This document shows positions 27,480 to 41,049 of a DNA stretch of 64,000 nt, one piece after another. Within the stretch, counting starts at the first letter, position 1. Each line of letters begins with the position of its first letter. The translations under genes were made by a program, and so were the position numbers. Origin of the DNA: Ginglymostoma cirratum (Eukaryota); contig JAHRHZ010000018.1 in the NCBI GenBank assembly GCA_024137785.1, forward strand, positions 34,105,819 to 34,169,818, read 5' to 3'. The notes beneath the pieces are model-generated. The model had not been told where the DNA came from. It made no database searches and worked only from the letters and a program-made list of their open reading frames with translations.

Positions 27480-28100
27480 TTCTATACACTCAATTATTCC
27501 AATGCGACCCTGAAAGAATGAGTTAATCCAAAACCCTCTGCCTGTACCTTAACTCATTCCAAGTCCCTGTTACCTCTGTGTTCACTGACCAATTTTGGCT
27601 CCTGATAAGGCAAAGCCTAGATTTAAAAATGTTCATCCTTGTTTTCAAAACCCTCCATGACCTTGCAATTCCTTCTCTCTGTAGCTTCCTGTAGCCGCAC
27701 TGCTCTTTGTGATTCTTTGATTTTGGTCTCTTGCACATCCCTGATTTTCATCATTTCCTTATTAATAGGCAGTCATGACTTCCACTGCCTTGGCTCTGGA
27801 CTCTGGAATTTCTTCTCTGAACTTCTCCACATCTCTTTCCTCCTCAAAGATGCTTTTAAAAACCTATCATTAATCGCCTGTCCTAACAACTCTTTACATT
27901 GTTCAGTGTGAAATTTTGTTTCATGAAGTTTCTGGGATGTGTCTTTGGAAGATTTCCAACATTAAAAATGCCATATAAAGAGTTCTGAGGAAGGGTTATC
28001 AGACCGAAATGTTAACTGTTTTTTCCTTCACAGATGCTGCCAGACCTGCTGGGCTTTTCCAGCAACTTTGATTTTTTCCCTATATAAAGGCAAGTTGTTG
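27480..28100 (+). mobile_element. L2 LINE 3' end, interrupted near its tail by the hammerhead insert
   Basis: atccaaaac..tgcc..ctcattccaagtcc..ttggctcc..tttaaaaatgttcatccttgttttcaaaaccctccatg, tail ..atataaa..caagttgttg. Confidence 0.7.
27981..28081 (+). mobile_element. Short subfamily A hammerhead-derived insert with 8 bp TSD, inside an L2 3' tail
   Basis: TSD atataaag at 27973-27980 and 28082-28089. Reads agttCTGAGGAagggttatcagaccGAAAtgttaact. Confidence 0.78.
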
Positions 28101-29833
28101 ATAATATCAATGTGTGTATCTTTTCGTTCCCTTAAAGCTCTCCCAGTCTGCCAGATTTCCATTTTGCTATGTACTTGTTTGAACCTCTCTTAACTTTACA
28201 CAGTAGTTTCTTCATTTCTTGGTTATTGGAGTTGACCCAAGAAAATGGACTTGGGCTAATAAGTAACAGCAAAAACTCAATTTGCATTGTACCTTTAACA
28301 TAGGAAAATTTTGCAAGGCTCTCCAAGGAAGTTTATTCAGACAACGTTTGATATGCATCTGTAACAGCTGCATTGCTGCAGCTAATGACATCCTAACATG
28401 CCACAGCTTCTGATGTGCACCAGCTTTATGTTTGACACAAATGGACACAATGCTAATCCACTGTAATACTACCATTTTCACTAGAAACACCAAAATTGGG
28501 AGCAATACTGACATCCTGCTTTCACATACCGCTACAGCATTTACAATCATAACAAAAGAATGTAGCTAAATCTCATGTGTAATAGGAATATCATAAGAAC
28601 ACACACAAGTATCCTTCCCCACAACCAGCACTTTGAATAGAGAAATTACACTCCCAATGTCATATTCAGCATGGCTTGCAACTTAATGAAAAAGTCATAT
28701 TTAACATATATTATTATCTCATTCTGCCTCATAAATTGTTTTAATATTTTAGTGAAACCGTATTAGACTGGTGAAATGTCAATACATAGATACTGATCCA
28801 GAAAACTGAAAAATGCTGAATGTATAGTAAATCATATTAATAAAATCCATAAACTCAAAAAAGCTGACAATTTAAATATAAATCAACAATTCAAAACATA
28901 ACCTTAAATACAGACTTGAATACCAGTGCCATTGTTTTAAAATAATTAAATCAGACAAGTCATGTTTTAGTCCGTGTGATTTCTATAAAAACAATTGGTC
29001 ATACTGAAGTGTGCAGTGGCACATAACTTACACTGCTGGTTTGCCCCATACATTCACTACTTGTAAAGGAGAAACAAAGCACTCAAACATCACGTTTTAT
29101 AGTGTTGAAGTCAGAAAACTGTGATGGGATATGTGCGTACTAAGCAGATAAAGTTTGGTAGCATTACACACACCCCCTCTCGCAAATGTTGCAGATACTT
29201 AGCAACTTTTTGTTGGTGATCTGGCAGCATTTTGAAGTGCAGTCAGTGAAGTTTAGCCTTTAAAGTAAAAAAAAAACTTGTTCTAAATGTTCTAAGTATT
29301 AGAATAGACCAATTGTTGTATGTTACAATTGCCTCTTCATTTTTTGAGTACAATACAGCAGATTGCTGACTCACATTAATACCAAAGTGATGTATCTCAA
29401 AGTTACAGCAGATCATGAAAATAGAAGGGTTGTAATGCTTGAAGTGAAAAAAAAACTCTTGTCTTGCAGTACATGGCTTACTAAGAAATGTCAAGTAATG
29501 TTAATCACTGTCCCAGTCAGCTACCAAGTATTATGCTGAATTATCTTGGGATCCACACATAAACCTAATCTCTACAGAAAATAATTATAAGGTGTTTAGG
29601 ATATTTTGGAGTAATTTTATAAGAAAAGCCCCAAAGGCTGAAAACATAATTTCAATATTTTGACATACATATATGTGGAGCGTATTGTTTCTCTCCAATT
29701 TAAAAACTGTCTCAAAAAGTTACACAATGAATGAATTCACTATTACTGGATGTCCAACAATTACCAAATGTTCAAGTCAACAACAATTAAAATGAACATC
29801 AAATGCATTAATTTAATGAAAATGAAAAATGAC

Positions 29834-29997
29834 CTGATAAAGTTCTATTCGTTGTTCCTCTACTTTCGCCTTTGGATTCTGTAAACGAAACACTCTGAAC
29901 TCTGCCTTCACCAGGTTTGAAACATTTTTCTCCATTGAGGTGACATCTAAATACACACGTCTGAAGTATGGGTTATATTGTTGGGACGGGATGACAT
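29834..29997 (-). CDS. TGFB2: TGFB2 coding exon 2 (LAP prodomain), 164 nt
   Basis: Acceptor tttttcatgtag|AT completes A+AT = Asn with exon 1. Translates [55 protein letters not shown]; donor CAG|GTCATT. The [17 protein letters not shown] motif is characteristic of TGFB2. Confidence 0.95.
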
Positions 29998-32900
29998 CTA
30001 CATGAAAAAGCACAGAGTAAAAGCAAGTCAATATATCAGCAAAGACCAGCTTGTATATGTGTAAAAGCAACTGATGCCAGGATGCAAAGCATTAATTTCA
30101 GTCAGGTATCCAAGATGTCCCTACATATAGCAGCATCTAGGACCCCTGCTCCCAGATTTCATAAACAATCAGTTTAAATATAAACCATTAAATTACAACA
30201 TTTTTCATATTCTGAACTTGGCATTATGTAATAACAACTTGTTTCAGAGGGTAGAAAGCCTTAGGTTTCCATGTAAAGTAGGCATCCTATTTGTCTGTAC
30301 TGCTGAGGTGTAAGATAAAATGTTACTATTACAATACTTTCGCTCTAGAGTACTAATACACAAGACTCTCTATTCCCCATTATTTTGCATCAAAACTTCT
30401 AAATGGTCCCTTATTATGCCCTTTTGTGTAACACACAGCAAGTATTTTGCAAGTAATGTATCATCACAGTTAATCAGGATATTAATAAAACATCTGCTCT
30501 AGCAGAACTGCCAAACTAATAATTCATTTTAACAGTACAGACTGCATTCTTTAAGATATCAGGCATTACCATAAGCATTACTGAAGAAAGTATTATGTAA
30601 CAAATAATAATGGCAGAAATTAAGTGAAAGGCTGCAAGGTAGTCTTATAGGTTCAGTTCAGATGCCTGAACAGTTTGAGCTTTGCTTTTTCCACTTCTGA
30701 CATTACCTGGATTCTTCAATTTAATAACTAGCTTGTTACTTTTTCTCAACTGTGTATTATCCTGCATACATATGTTCTCTCTTCCTGTTGGGAAACGGTT
30801 TGAATTAAAATTCATGGCACCAATTTCAAGGTTTCTTCCTGCCAGTCTTGTAATTTAATTCCCTTTCCTTTTGGAAAAATGGGAGTGTATCTTAAGAGCT
30901 TCAACATGTGGATATGGAAAAGCCGCCCTCTGGTTTAGCTGTTAACCAAAGGTGTACCACAATCTGATTAATACCTATTTGTAATAGTCACTGCAATACT
31001 TGAGCCCATTTAAACATTAAAAACTCCTGGTAATTTTCAAAACCTTCATGTATTACAACAACATAAGTAACATAAGTAGTAGCAGGTGTCTGCAAACATA
31101 ATTGAAAAATCAGCTACTCTTTGGTTTAAATGGTGCAAACATATTGTGCCTCTATCTCTGGAGATCAAAGTCAGGCTCTTTCCACCAGTTTCCCAGCCGT
31201 TCAGCAAATCACTGACACAGGGAATGAAATTCCCCGACTTGATGTGTTCTGAATTTCATATTTTCTGTTGGGAGAGTGGTGGGTATGATAATAAATAGAA
31301 TTAACATTTTAGATAGATTAAGGGTGCTGCTCCCAAATTGTCCAGTGGCCCCTGCTGGAAATGTGCATGTGAATATTCAACGAGGACATTCCTAACACTC
31401 AATGCTCAATGTAATGCACAAATCATCATCATTTAGGCACAATATTGAAAAATAATTGGAAGTCATAGAACTGTACACAATAAAGAGCCAATGACTTTTT
31501 TGAGAGAAAAGGAGATAACAAGAAATTAAGAATAAATAGAGCTTGTGTAGTCTCCATGCTGGTTGTTGAATTATTACATGAAATATGTTTGTGCAAACTC
31601 AACCCTCTTTCCAAAAGATATAAGTTAACTAACCACACAACAGTACAATATTCATTTTACAACTTAATTCAGAATCAATTAAAATGGAACCTGCACCACA
31701 TTGGTGCTGAATGAAGTGCTGTTCCGAGGATAATGATTCTGAGGATTATGTTAGAGGAACCACTACAGGGTTGTAATTCACACCAATACAAAAGACCATT
31801 TGACTTTGTTTAATCCATTCATTCTGAAAAATAACTGCTCTTCTTATTTCTGGTATTGTCATGAAATTTGACATGTATTAGAATTTCTGAATCCAAGCCA
31901 TTTTGGTATACATTAGAAATGGCACTGGCCTCAATATTAAGCCCTGCAAATCCTCAATGAATTCTTAACTCTACTACCCAATAACACCCCATTAACCAAT
32001 ACCTAAGCAACTTGATCCTTCATCCAATTTCTTATCCATACACTAGTTTATCCTAATCCCCACAGCATACATTCCAATTATGAAGAGATTCTTCAATTAC
32101 TGTTGCACATGATAGGATTTAGCACTGTTCATTTGGGTTGCTATGTCTAAAAGATGTCAAGGCAGTTAATCTAGCAGGATATTGCCCAAATAAAGCTATG
32201 TTGCCTGCTGTTAGCTAGGGTAATGTTGTGGAGACAATCCTTACTTTGTCCCTGGTAATGGTTACATTAATTTGCATAAAATTGAAATGAAATTAATGGA
32301 CTATGAACCCTGTATCTTGTTCACACTACATTTGGAAATGGGCATGTTTCTAATCTATTGATATCTTCACAGTACCCAATGACTCTCTCATAATGATCCT
32401 CAGTGCCCCTCAAATGTTCTCCCTAAACTCTCTTGACACTCTGGAATAAGTACCCACAGTCCCTTAGGTTCTATCTGTTTAAGGTGTTCAGCTTGAACAA
32501 AACTTCTATCCTATTTATAGCGAAGCCCTGAATAGTCTTTTTCTGCAAAGGCAGTCTTAATCAAGTCTTCCCTTGTGAATACTTGACTCATTGTATCTAG
32601 AATTTTCACCGCAAGTTTAACGCATAAATCTGACTTGAAAATCATTGTAGAGAATTGCCAATTATACACAGCTTTGGCTGCTGCACCTCCAGAAACATTT
32701 CCTGAATAGGTGGCTGAGTGTTCGAGGAGCTGTGCCAGCTTCAGTATAACAGCTGACATTGATAAAGTGCCCCAGAAACCAATGCATGTCAATGACATCA
32801 TCCTATATACGCACTCGAACAAATCTAACTCTCTGAATCAGTATATTATTCCATATATGTACTGTAAACCCATTTGGATCCTGTCAAAGTGCATGTGCAG

Positions 32901-33329
32901 TAGTGTTTCACCTTTTGGAGGAAGCTGTATCACTTAGACAAGGCAGCAATTTTAATACCCATTACTTATAGCCAGATTGAAAATCAATACAATCAGCAAT
33001 GTACCTGACCTGGAAGTACACCAGACACTGAGAAAGTAACACAGAAAATGCTCTTTTCTCAAGCTGCGACAGTCACAAATCCAACTTTCCAGAAGTGGAA
33101 TCATATGTACGAACCCATTCTTCTCTGACTTTTCAACCTCCAATATGTTAAGTTAGAGTTGAGGGAATATATGTACAGTTAACAGAATATACTACTATGT
33201 GCACTGCAGCCTATGAATGAAGTCTTGTAACAAGTTGACACAGTCTGAACATTGTACAAGCAAAACAAAAAAGGATAATAAAACGTAAGATAACATAACA
33301 AATTACCAGTGTTATTGTATGAGTCTGCA

Positions 33330-33620
33330 ACTCTGGTGGGGAGTCCAGAACATTGCCAGGGCAAGGTGAAGTCAGGAAGCATTTCTTCACACAATGAGTA
33401 ACAGAAGTCTGGGTCTCTCTCCTCCCAAAAGCTGCTAAGACTAGATCAATTGAAATTTTTGAAGTGGATACTTGTAGATTTTTGTCAGGGATATTTATGA
33501 TAGAAATACATCAAGGGACAAGGAACAAAAAGAAGCAGAGGTGAAATGAGGTTAAGATACAGATTAGCCATGATCTCTGTCAACTAGAGGAATTGAATAC
33601 CATACTCCCCTTCCAGTTTT
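33330..33620 (+). mobile_element. Decayed CR1 3' fragment
   Basis: gtgaagtcaggaagcatttcttcacacaa...acagattagccatgatct resembles a CR1 3' end. Confidence 0.5.
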
Positions 33621-34429
33621 CTAGTTTTAGCCACCATAAGGAATAAAAGACTTTGTTTAAGCCATTCTTTATATTGATGGAATAACATTTTGTTTTCCTG
33701 GCTGCATATGCTATGTTCTTCCTAATATCTGGTAGCTAGACAATCGGGCAATAATCAGCAGCAATCCTTCAAACATAGGCTTTTGAGATGCTGCCAGACA
33801 AATCTTGACATTGCCTACATTTTGGATTATTTTCCATAATCCACAGAGTCCAGGTGACCTCAAAAAAATAACTGGCCAATAAAAACAGATGTAAGTGGCC
33901 AGGATAGCAAGTTGCTCCAACCTACATGAAATATGTTTTTGGATATAGAGGTCACCATGACAACACCTTTGGCTGACAGATGTTTTTGCTTGTTTTTACA
34001 AAATTACAGTTTAAACTAATTTATGTTCCCACTACAGAGGGACACACTTAACCCCTTCTGGACAGGCTTCAACATTTCCTCAAAAATTAGTTCTTTTCTG
34101 TCTAAAATGATATTTTACTTCTTTGGAAAAGAAGGAAATAATTAGAGTGATGGACAGATTAGAAATATAAATACAATACTTTGTTTCCAACTAGATGCGT
34201 GAGAACATGTGGTTTCAGGATACCATTTCTGTCTCTGTGTCCAATCTTCTCTCCCTAGTGTTCCCCAGGAGAGGAACTGAAATTTTGGCTCTGAAATTTA
34301 GCTTCACATCCAGTAGGATGTATGCATCTAGTGATCTAGATACCCCTCCACCCTGCCCTTTTCTTTTGAATAATTGCAAAATAAAATTTACCAGGAGAGT
34401 TGTTGCAACTTGAAAATCAAATGGAATTG

Positions 34430-35205
34430 TATAGTGGACACTTTAGTTGCACTGAATTATGTTACTTTTCAGAACAGTCAGGCGTACACATTTTTGGGGT
34501 CAGCGGAACAAGGAGCCTTTGAGTTCAGGAAAACCTGCCTAACAACAGCCTTTGGAATGGTCCAGCTGCAGTTTGTTACCGACCTGTAAGTACAGTGCAC
34601 TCAGAGACATCCAGATGTCTGCAAACAGGAGGCATCTCTCACCATCTCGCTCTGAGTAAAAAGGACAGAACTGAAATACTCTGATGGGAAAATGTTCTAA
34701 TACAAGACAGACCTAGGTTCACCCTATTGAATCAAAGATCAACTATCACTTTGCAGACAACATCACGTCATCAACACAAAGAAACATCAAAAGAATGATT
34801 TAAAGCACTCATTCCCCCGTTGTAGTATAGATGTTTGAACTAAAGATTTTTTGCTTTCCTGTTTATATTTTCCCACCCATAAAATGAGTTTGAAGCTATC
34901 TGCCTTTATCTCATTTATAGATGAAACTGTTATGTGTTTGGGGTTTTAATGTGGCATATTTTAAGTTGCGTTATTAGTAATGGCTAATTCATTTTGTTTG
35001 CCATTTGTTAAAGACTATGTTTATTTACAATAAATAGTTATTTTCCTGTTAATGATTTAATATAGTGTGAATCCCTTTTGTTCTTCATAGTTGTCAGTCA
35101 GGCATTTTAATCATCTTGGTTTAATTGGATCATTACATATTTGTGACAGCTTATGGAACAGTGGAGTTCGATTATTGGCACACTCTACCCAAATAAGTTA
35201 TGACA
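34430..35205 (+). mobile_element. Possible solo LTR
   Basis: aataaa followed ~170 nt later by a ..gttatgaca end; LTR-like internal composition. Confidence 0.3.
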
Positions 35206-38106
35206 ATGATCTAATCTCACCTCATTTCAATGCAGTTTGCTATTTTCCCACACAGTGTAGAAAAATTAAATGCTGACAGTTCCTGAGATGAAGGTCTGGG
35301 CAGGTACCAAGCACCTCCAGTTCACTGCTTACTCCTCCAGACCTCCATCTTGGTTAGCATTTCCCAACATCTCGGAGCATGTCCCATGAACTGGTAGCCA
35401 CCTCCATCCTTCATTCATTCAATTGGCATTGGACACGCACCAGCCTCACCACATCATCATGGCACTTGTCCAACACAGTTATGATACAGTTCACCCTTTC
35501 AATACTGCGCTTTGGAGCTCGCTGACACCTTTTGTGGCAATGCAGCTGCCAGGCCACTTTGAACATAGGCACAGGCACCCAGCTCGTGCATTGAAACACA
35601 GCGCATCTCAGAGGTCTTAGTTTGCTCTCTTAACACTCAATCACTTTGAGTCTACTTGGATGCTCAAAGCATCTTTGCCTTTTCTTGCCTTTCCCTTTAG
35701 CACAGACATAAAGGAAGGCAGCTCGTCATGGTTGCCAGGCAAGGGGGCGGCTATGTGTCAACAGCACCATGCCATAACATTATCACACCTACAGGCACAT
35801 TCCAGCATTGAATTTGCTTCAAACAAATTCCCATGCATAAAAATCTAAAGGATCTGGTGTCATTAGACAGGGGCTTCTGCCATATTCAGTTCAGAGCGTT
35901 GTACCCTCTCAGTCCATGTGCTTGAAAATGATCAGTCGGTTGCTTGAGGTATCCAAGGTCAGGAATTCTGTGTCATTTCGTCCAGACAGTGGGTCATGGT
36001 CAGACCTGCAGGACCGGTGCAAACAGTCTGGGGATTAGCAGTAAGTCTGTCATTGAGTTGCACAGAGTTCAGTTAAGGGTTCTGTCACTCTCAACAGTCT
36101 GACCTCTCTTTTCAAGTTGATCAGGGGTGGGACAGTCTGGGGGTTCTAATTGACTTGAATTCAAAAGGGATTATCAGGGCAACTACTGAGGTGGGAAAGT
36201 CAATTGTGGGAGTTTGAGAAAGCAAACTGGGATTGAGATTGGACATGAACTGTAAAGGCTTGTAACTCAATATGTATTAGGGTGGAAAACTATAATACAT
36301 TGGTGGGTGCAGTTTACTGTGGGAAGGGGATTCATCAATGCTCATCACTACCTTGGCTTCAGTAAGGGAAGGGTACTTCATGGTAGTTGGTATACTGAAC
36401 TGTAGGCCTGGGACTCAAGGTTTGTAGATGAAGATTTAAATTAAAATGTTGGGTGAGAACATTTGAAATGATGGGGTTGACAGGAAATGCAAAGAAGAAA
36501 GTAACTTGAAGGTTTGGGAAGATCACCTAGATTAATAGGCTGAGCCTGCAAGTCACCCTGCAAAGTGCAACAGGGATAACCTTCCCTCCTCATCTGAATC
36601 ACAGGTGCACAATGGGAGTTAAAAATGGCTGCACTACACCTGGAGTAGGCAGATTAAGGTTTCCTCCTGACTGAAGGAGCTGGCTCTATGCACAAGTGAT
36701 TTGAGGGTCTTCAGGGGCAATAGCATTTACCAGGCACTTATGCAGTACAGGTTAAAGACATTATAATCACTGAAATTTGTATATGGACCACAATCAGTAA
36801 CCAACTATGTTGATGCCAAATCCTGGCCACAAGCAATCGTGACCATATCATTGTCGTTGCAAATTGATCATAGTCATCTTCTTGAGGCTGAAGTAATTGC
36901 AGGTAACCTCAGGAGTGTCACTTGAAGGTCACAATTCACAAAGACAATCCACAATCTCAGAGGCTGCACACAGGCACAGACTGACATCTCCTCACCTTTA
37001 ACAATATTTAATAACATGCTCTTACATGCAATTCTGCCTTTTTTGAGTAATATGGGGCTGGGTGTTGCGGGGAGGAGGTGGGGGGAAGGTTTCAGTCATC
37101 CTACCACATTTCCAATCTCCTCCTGTATTTGTGTGATATCGCCTGTGCTGCAAACATTGGAAGAACGTTCACTACACCAAAGGTCCATGTACAGACAACC
37201 CTCCTTGTCAGGATTCGCCATGCCCCAATGTATCGAGGGCTATTCTGAACTGTCATTTGTGTGTGATGCAAATGCTGACTGCTCACATTACTAAGGACCT
37301 GCATTGTTTCTGATATCACTCACCCAGGCTCATTGCAATCATGGCCAATAGATCCAGTCACGAGAAGTTTTATCATCACTATGTCCATTGTACAATGAAA
37401 GCAAAGAGAAAGTGAGGAAAGGCAAATGAACCAGTAAGCCCAAGGCCAGCAGCAACCTCCAGCAGCTACCAAACAGTCTCTACACGAAGAATTTGTAGCT
37501 GAAGTTCCCCTCAGGATGAGGAAGAATTACAGGAAGTCCCCTTGTCAGGGCCAAGTGCAAATATAATGCTACTCATTCTTTGACAAGGCCAAGGGCTGCA
37601 GTGGAACAGATCTCCTGAAGATTAGGTTCTGATAACTAGAACGGTATGTGGGAGCAGGGCGTTTGAAGTACACTCGAGACAGAGTATGCCACATAATCCT
37701 TGCAAGCTGTGCTCTGCAGAAGTGGAGGGGATGTGATGGGTGCTGATGCGCTGGGAGAGCAGCAACAGTCTTCCAAAGAGGAAGAGGAGGATATTGAGCA
37801 GGAGGAACAGCACCTTTACCATGACATAGCAGCGCAGTACAGACACAACAAGTCAAACAGGGCTTAACAGATACCTGTTTCCAATTGATATGAATTGATT
37901 GAGGTCACCAATTGTTGACTGTAAATTTACTGTTGATTAAAAGGCATGCAGGTCCTATTTATTGCTAGAAACAAATGCCTTTTTTTTGTTAGCTTTTCCT
38001 TCACTTTTTCTGTTGTTTAATAAAAGTTAAAGTTAATGTTAACAAATATTTGAAACCTTTACAATATGCGATGCTCCAATATCCACCAAGACAAAATATT
38101 ACGCTA

Positions 38107-38351
38107 AACAAAAACAAAAAGAACTGTGGGTGCTGTAAATCAGGGACAAAAACAAAGTTGCTGGAAAAGCTCAGCAGGTTTGGCAGCATCTGTGAAGAAA
38201 AAAGTCACAGTTAATGTTTTGGGTCCAGTGACCCTTCCTCAGAATGAGTTTTATGAGGAAGGGTGACCAGACCCGAAATGTTAACTCTGATTTTTTTTCT
38301 TCACAGATGCTGTCAGACCTGCTGAGCTTCCAGCAATTTCTGCTTTTGTTC
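38107..38351. mobile_element. Head-to-head inverted pair of subfamily A hammerhead units (near-palindromic)
   Basis: Minus unit ~38107-38245 (CTGAGGAAGGGTCACTGGACCC...) and plus unit ~38246-38351 (..tgaggaagggtgaccagacccGAAAtgttaactctg). Degenerate flanking repeat aaaatattacgctaaac / aagatattatgttagac. Confidence 0.85.
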
Positions 38352-41049
38352 AAGATATTATGTTAGACTGGAAAACAATAGCAACCCTTTAGACAGAGTG
38401 CTAAAATGGTGCAGTACTAAGGACAGGTAACTGTTTGTAGCTGCATTCTTGTAGCTTCAGTTACAAGAACAGTCAAGTAAATTGGTGATAATGTAAAGTT
38501 GCAATACATCTATGAATGTGAGCATTTATTTCGAATGAAGTGTTACCGGTACCACCGATGTAGCCTTGGAAGCCTTGCTTTTACACTTCCCTCCCACTGT
38601 GAAGGGTTATTTGTGGCTGGCAGCATTTGACCTGGTGCAGAGCTGGAGTCTGAATATGGCGCTAGTGGGACAAATCCCACTTGTTCCTGTTATAGGCAAG
38701 TTTTTCTGTTACTGGTGAGCAGACAAGAGCGCAAGTGAGCGGCTTTGGGTACGGTGCGTCCATAAGGAGGTGAGCAGTGGAAAGTTGTGAGATAACTTGC
38801 CACAGCTCATGGAGGGAAACCCTCTGTAAAACTCCCCAAAATTGACACGTATGATTTTTTTGGTGAAATTCAGCCCTATGTCGATTTCTTTCAACAATAC
38901 TTTGAAATAACATACTCCAAAGTGTTGTAATACATGGTCCAACACACAGAACTGTACCATGCTGGATTCCATGGCCCACGCGTGAGTTCCAAATATTATC
39001 CTAAGATTCTGACTCAGTATCAAATCCAAGCATGTAACCCTGTTCTGAGCCAAACAGTAAATTAAAGGGATTTTCATGCCATATCACTTATGTACACAAC
39101 ACAGCATTGAGCAACAGAAGGGGTTCTGATGGGGTACAGGTAAGTGAAAGGAATTAAGCAGGATACCTGTGCACACACACTTAAAAATCTCTAACACGCC
39201 TGTATCATTCTTGTGGCACTACCCTCCAAAAGTATTCAGCCACAGTTACCAGTGTCTGTAGAGGAAAGCTATTAAATGTTAGAGCTATAGGTCTTTACTA
39301 TACTACTCCTCTTTTCAAGAATTTCTGGGTTGTTTCAATCAATATTTAGTGTGAACAATGGAAGGTAACTTTATAGGCACACAAATGAAGACAACTGCTT
39401 CCTGCTGTCATTATGATTGGCTGGAAATTATTTTAAAAGTCGTAAATAAGACTTGAGGGGGATTGTTGCATAGCACTTATTTTTCACTTGACAACATTAG
39501 TTTTCGTAAACCTTTCTAACAAAATAACGGCATTTTTAAATATTCCTGTACAGTCCTATGGAGTGGAATTAATTTGCAATTGATGCTGTTCAGGAAAGTT
39601 AACACTTTAATATAATTTCAAAAGTAAATTCTTTGCAGTGCTACGTAAAAACTGTTGAACCAGTCTTGGTGGCAAGGAAGATTTGTTTCAAGTCTAGAAA
39701 CTGATCGTTTTATGCCTGTCATGATTTTGTTTCAGTGTGGTATAAACATGAAGTAGTGGAATGGTTGCTTGTTTCTCAAATGTCTGTTCTGTGTGAGATT
39801 GAAAACAAATGGCTGATCCACTACCACCAGCTTCCACCCCAGCGTGCTTTTAAAGAAGTTTGAGTTGTTAACAAGCTAATGTCCTAATGTTGCCTTACAA
39901 ATGGTGAAGTCATTTCCCAAAACTGCACTCAGGTAAGTCACCTTTTTACTGAAAACAGTACTGCTGCTTTTCAGGAAAACTCACTCCACAGGAATTCAAT
40001 TTCCTGAGACCTATAGTACATTTCCAGTTATGTGGAGGAAACTATGGCCAGGAAATTCCTTGAAACTGCTTCTATTCTACCAGCACTACTTTGCCTGGAA
40101 TGTGGCATTACAGGATTCATGGTATGCTTCTGGAAAAATATTTATGGCAAATCAAGACCAGCTCCACGGAACCTGCTGGTCTATAGGAACACCAATTTAC
40201 ACCATTAATCCATCTACACTGATGGACAGTCAATATTGTGGTGCTGACAGCATAAGGATCATCAGCACAAAACTGCTCCATATCAATGAGCACATTTTGG
40301 CAGGGGGACACTTGTTGTAGCTCCAGTGGCACGGACACCCAGTTTCCCTGCTTTATCCCATTGCTGGACTATTTTTGCAGCGGTGAAATGGGGCTAACAC
40401 AAGGGCGACCTTTCCACATTCAGATTATCCAGTCAGCCTCCAGGTTCACAGTGTAACTGCTTAGAAGTGGCCTCTTGGTGTCAGATCAAGAAGAGTGGGA
40501 GGGAAGCATTACTTAGCAGGGACCCATTCTGCCTGCCTGGGTGAAGCAGTAACTATAGGCCACTCTGCCAAAGGATGCTCTGCTGCATCTCGTCATGCTG
40601 ACTTGGCTGCCAAAGTCACTTTATGATTAAAATATTCATTTGGAAACTTAATTCCAAACACAGTGCTTTGTGTTCCATTTTCTTCATTTGGAGAGGTCAA
40701 GAGCAGAACCCTAATCTTTGGGCTGCCCAAAGTCTCTGTATGTTTTGCCCAGACTTGCATCCTGGAGGGAACACTTCAGTTTCACTGCAGAATGTCATTA
40801 CAATATGAAAGTTACAACTGATAAGTCACAGCCTATTGGTCTAGAGAAAGGGCATTTCAAGTAGCCTCCAATGATAGGAGGGACAATTGTTACCTACTGG
40901 TCAGCCACTGACCAGTTCAAATTGGACTGTCCCTTAAGATAAAGAACTGATCTGCCTCTATCTTTCTCCTTCAATAGAGATTAGAGTTTTGCTCAACAAG
41001 TTGACATAGTCTAGCACACTATGCAAAAAAAAATTAATTCTTTCACCAC

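Larger units (their letters stand above)
1..29833 (-). other. TGFB2: TGFB2 intron 2 (partial, continues past the window start)
   Basis: No exon-3-like coding sequence (e.g. EWLSFDVT) recognised in 1-29833. A short exon could have been missed by eye. Confidence 0.65.

Noticed and set aside
35340-37850. Possible Harbinger Myb/SANT and transposase remnants (also ~48900-49800)
   Set aside because: Only vague peptide resemblance; cannot support family or boundaries without a search.
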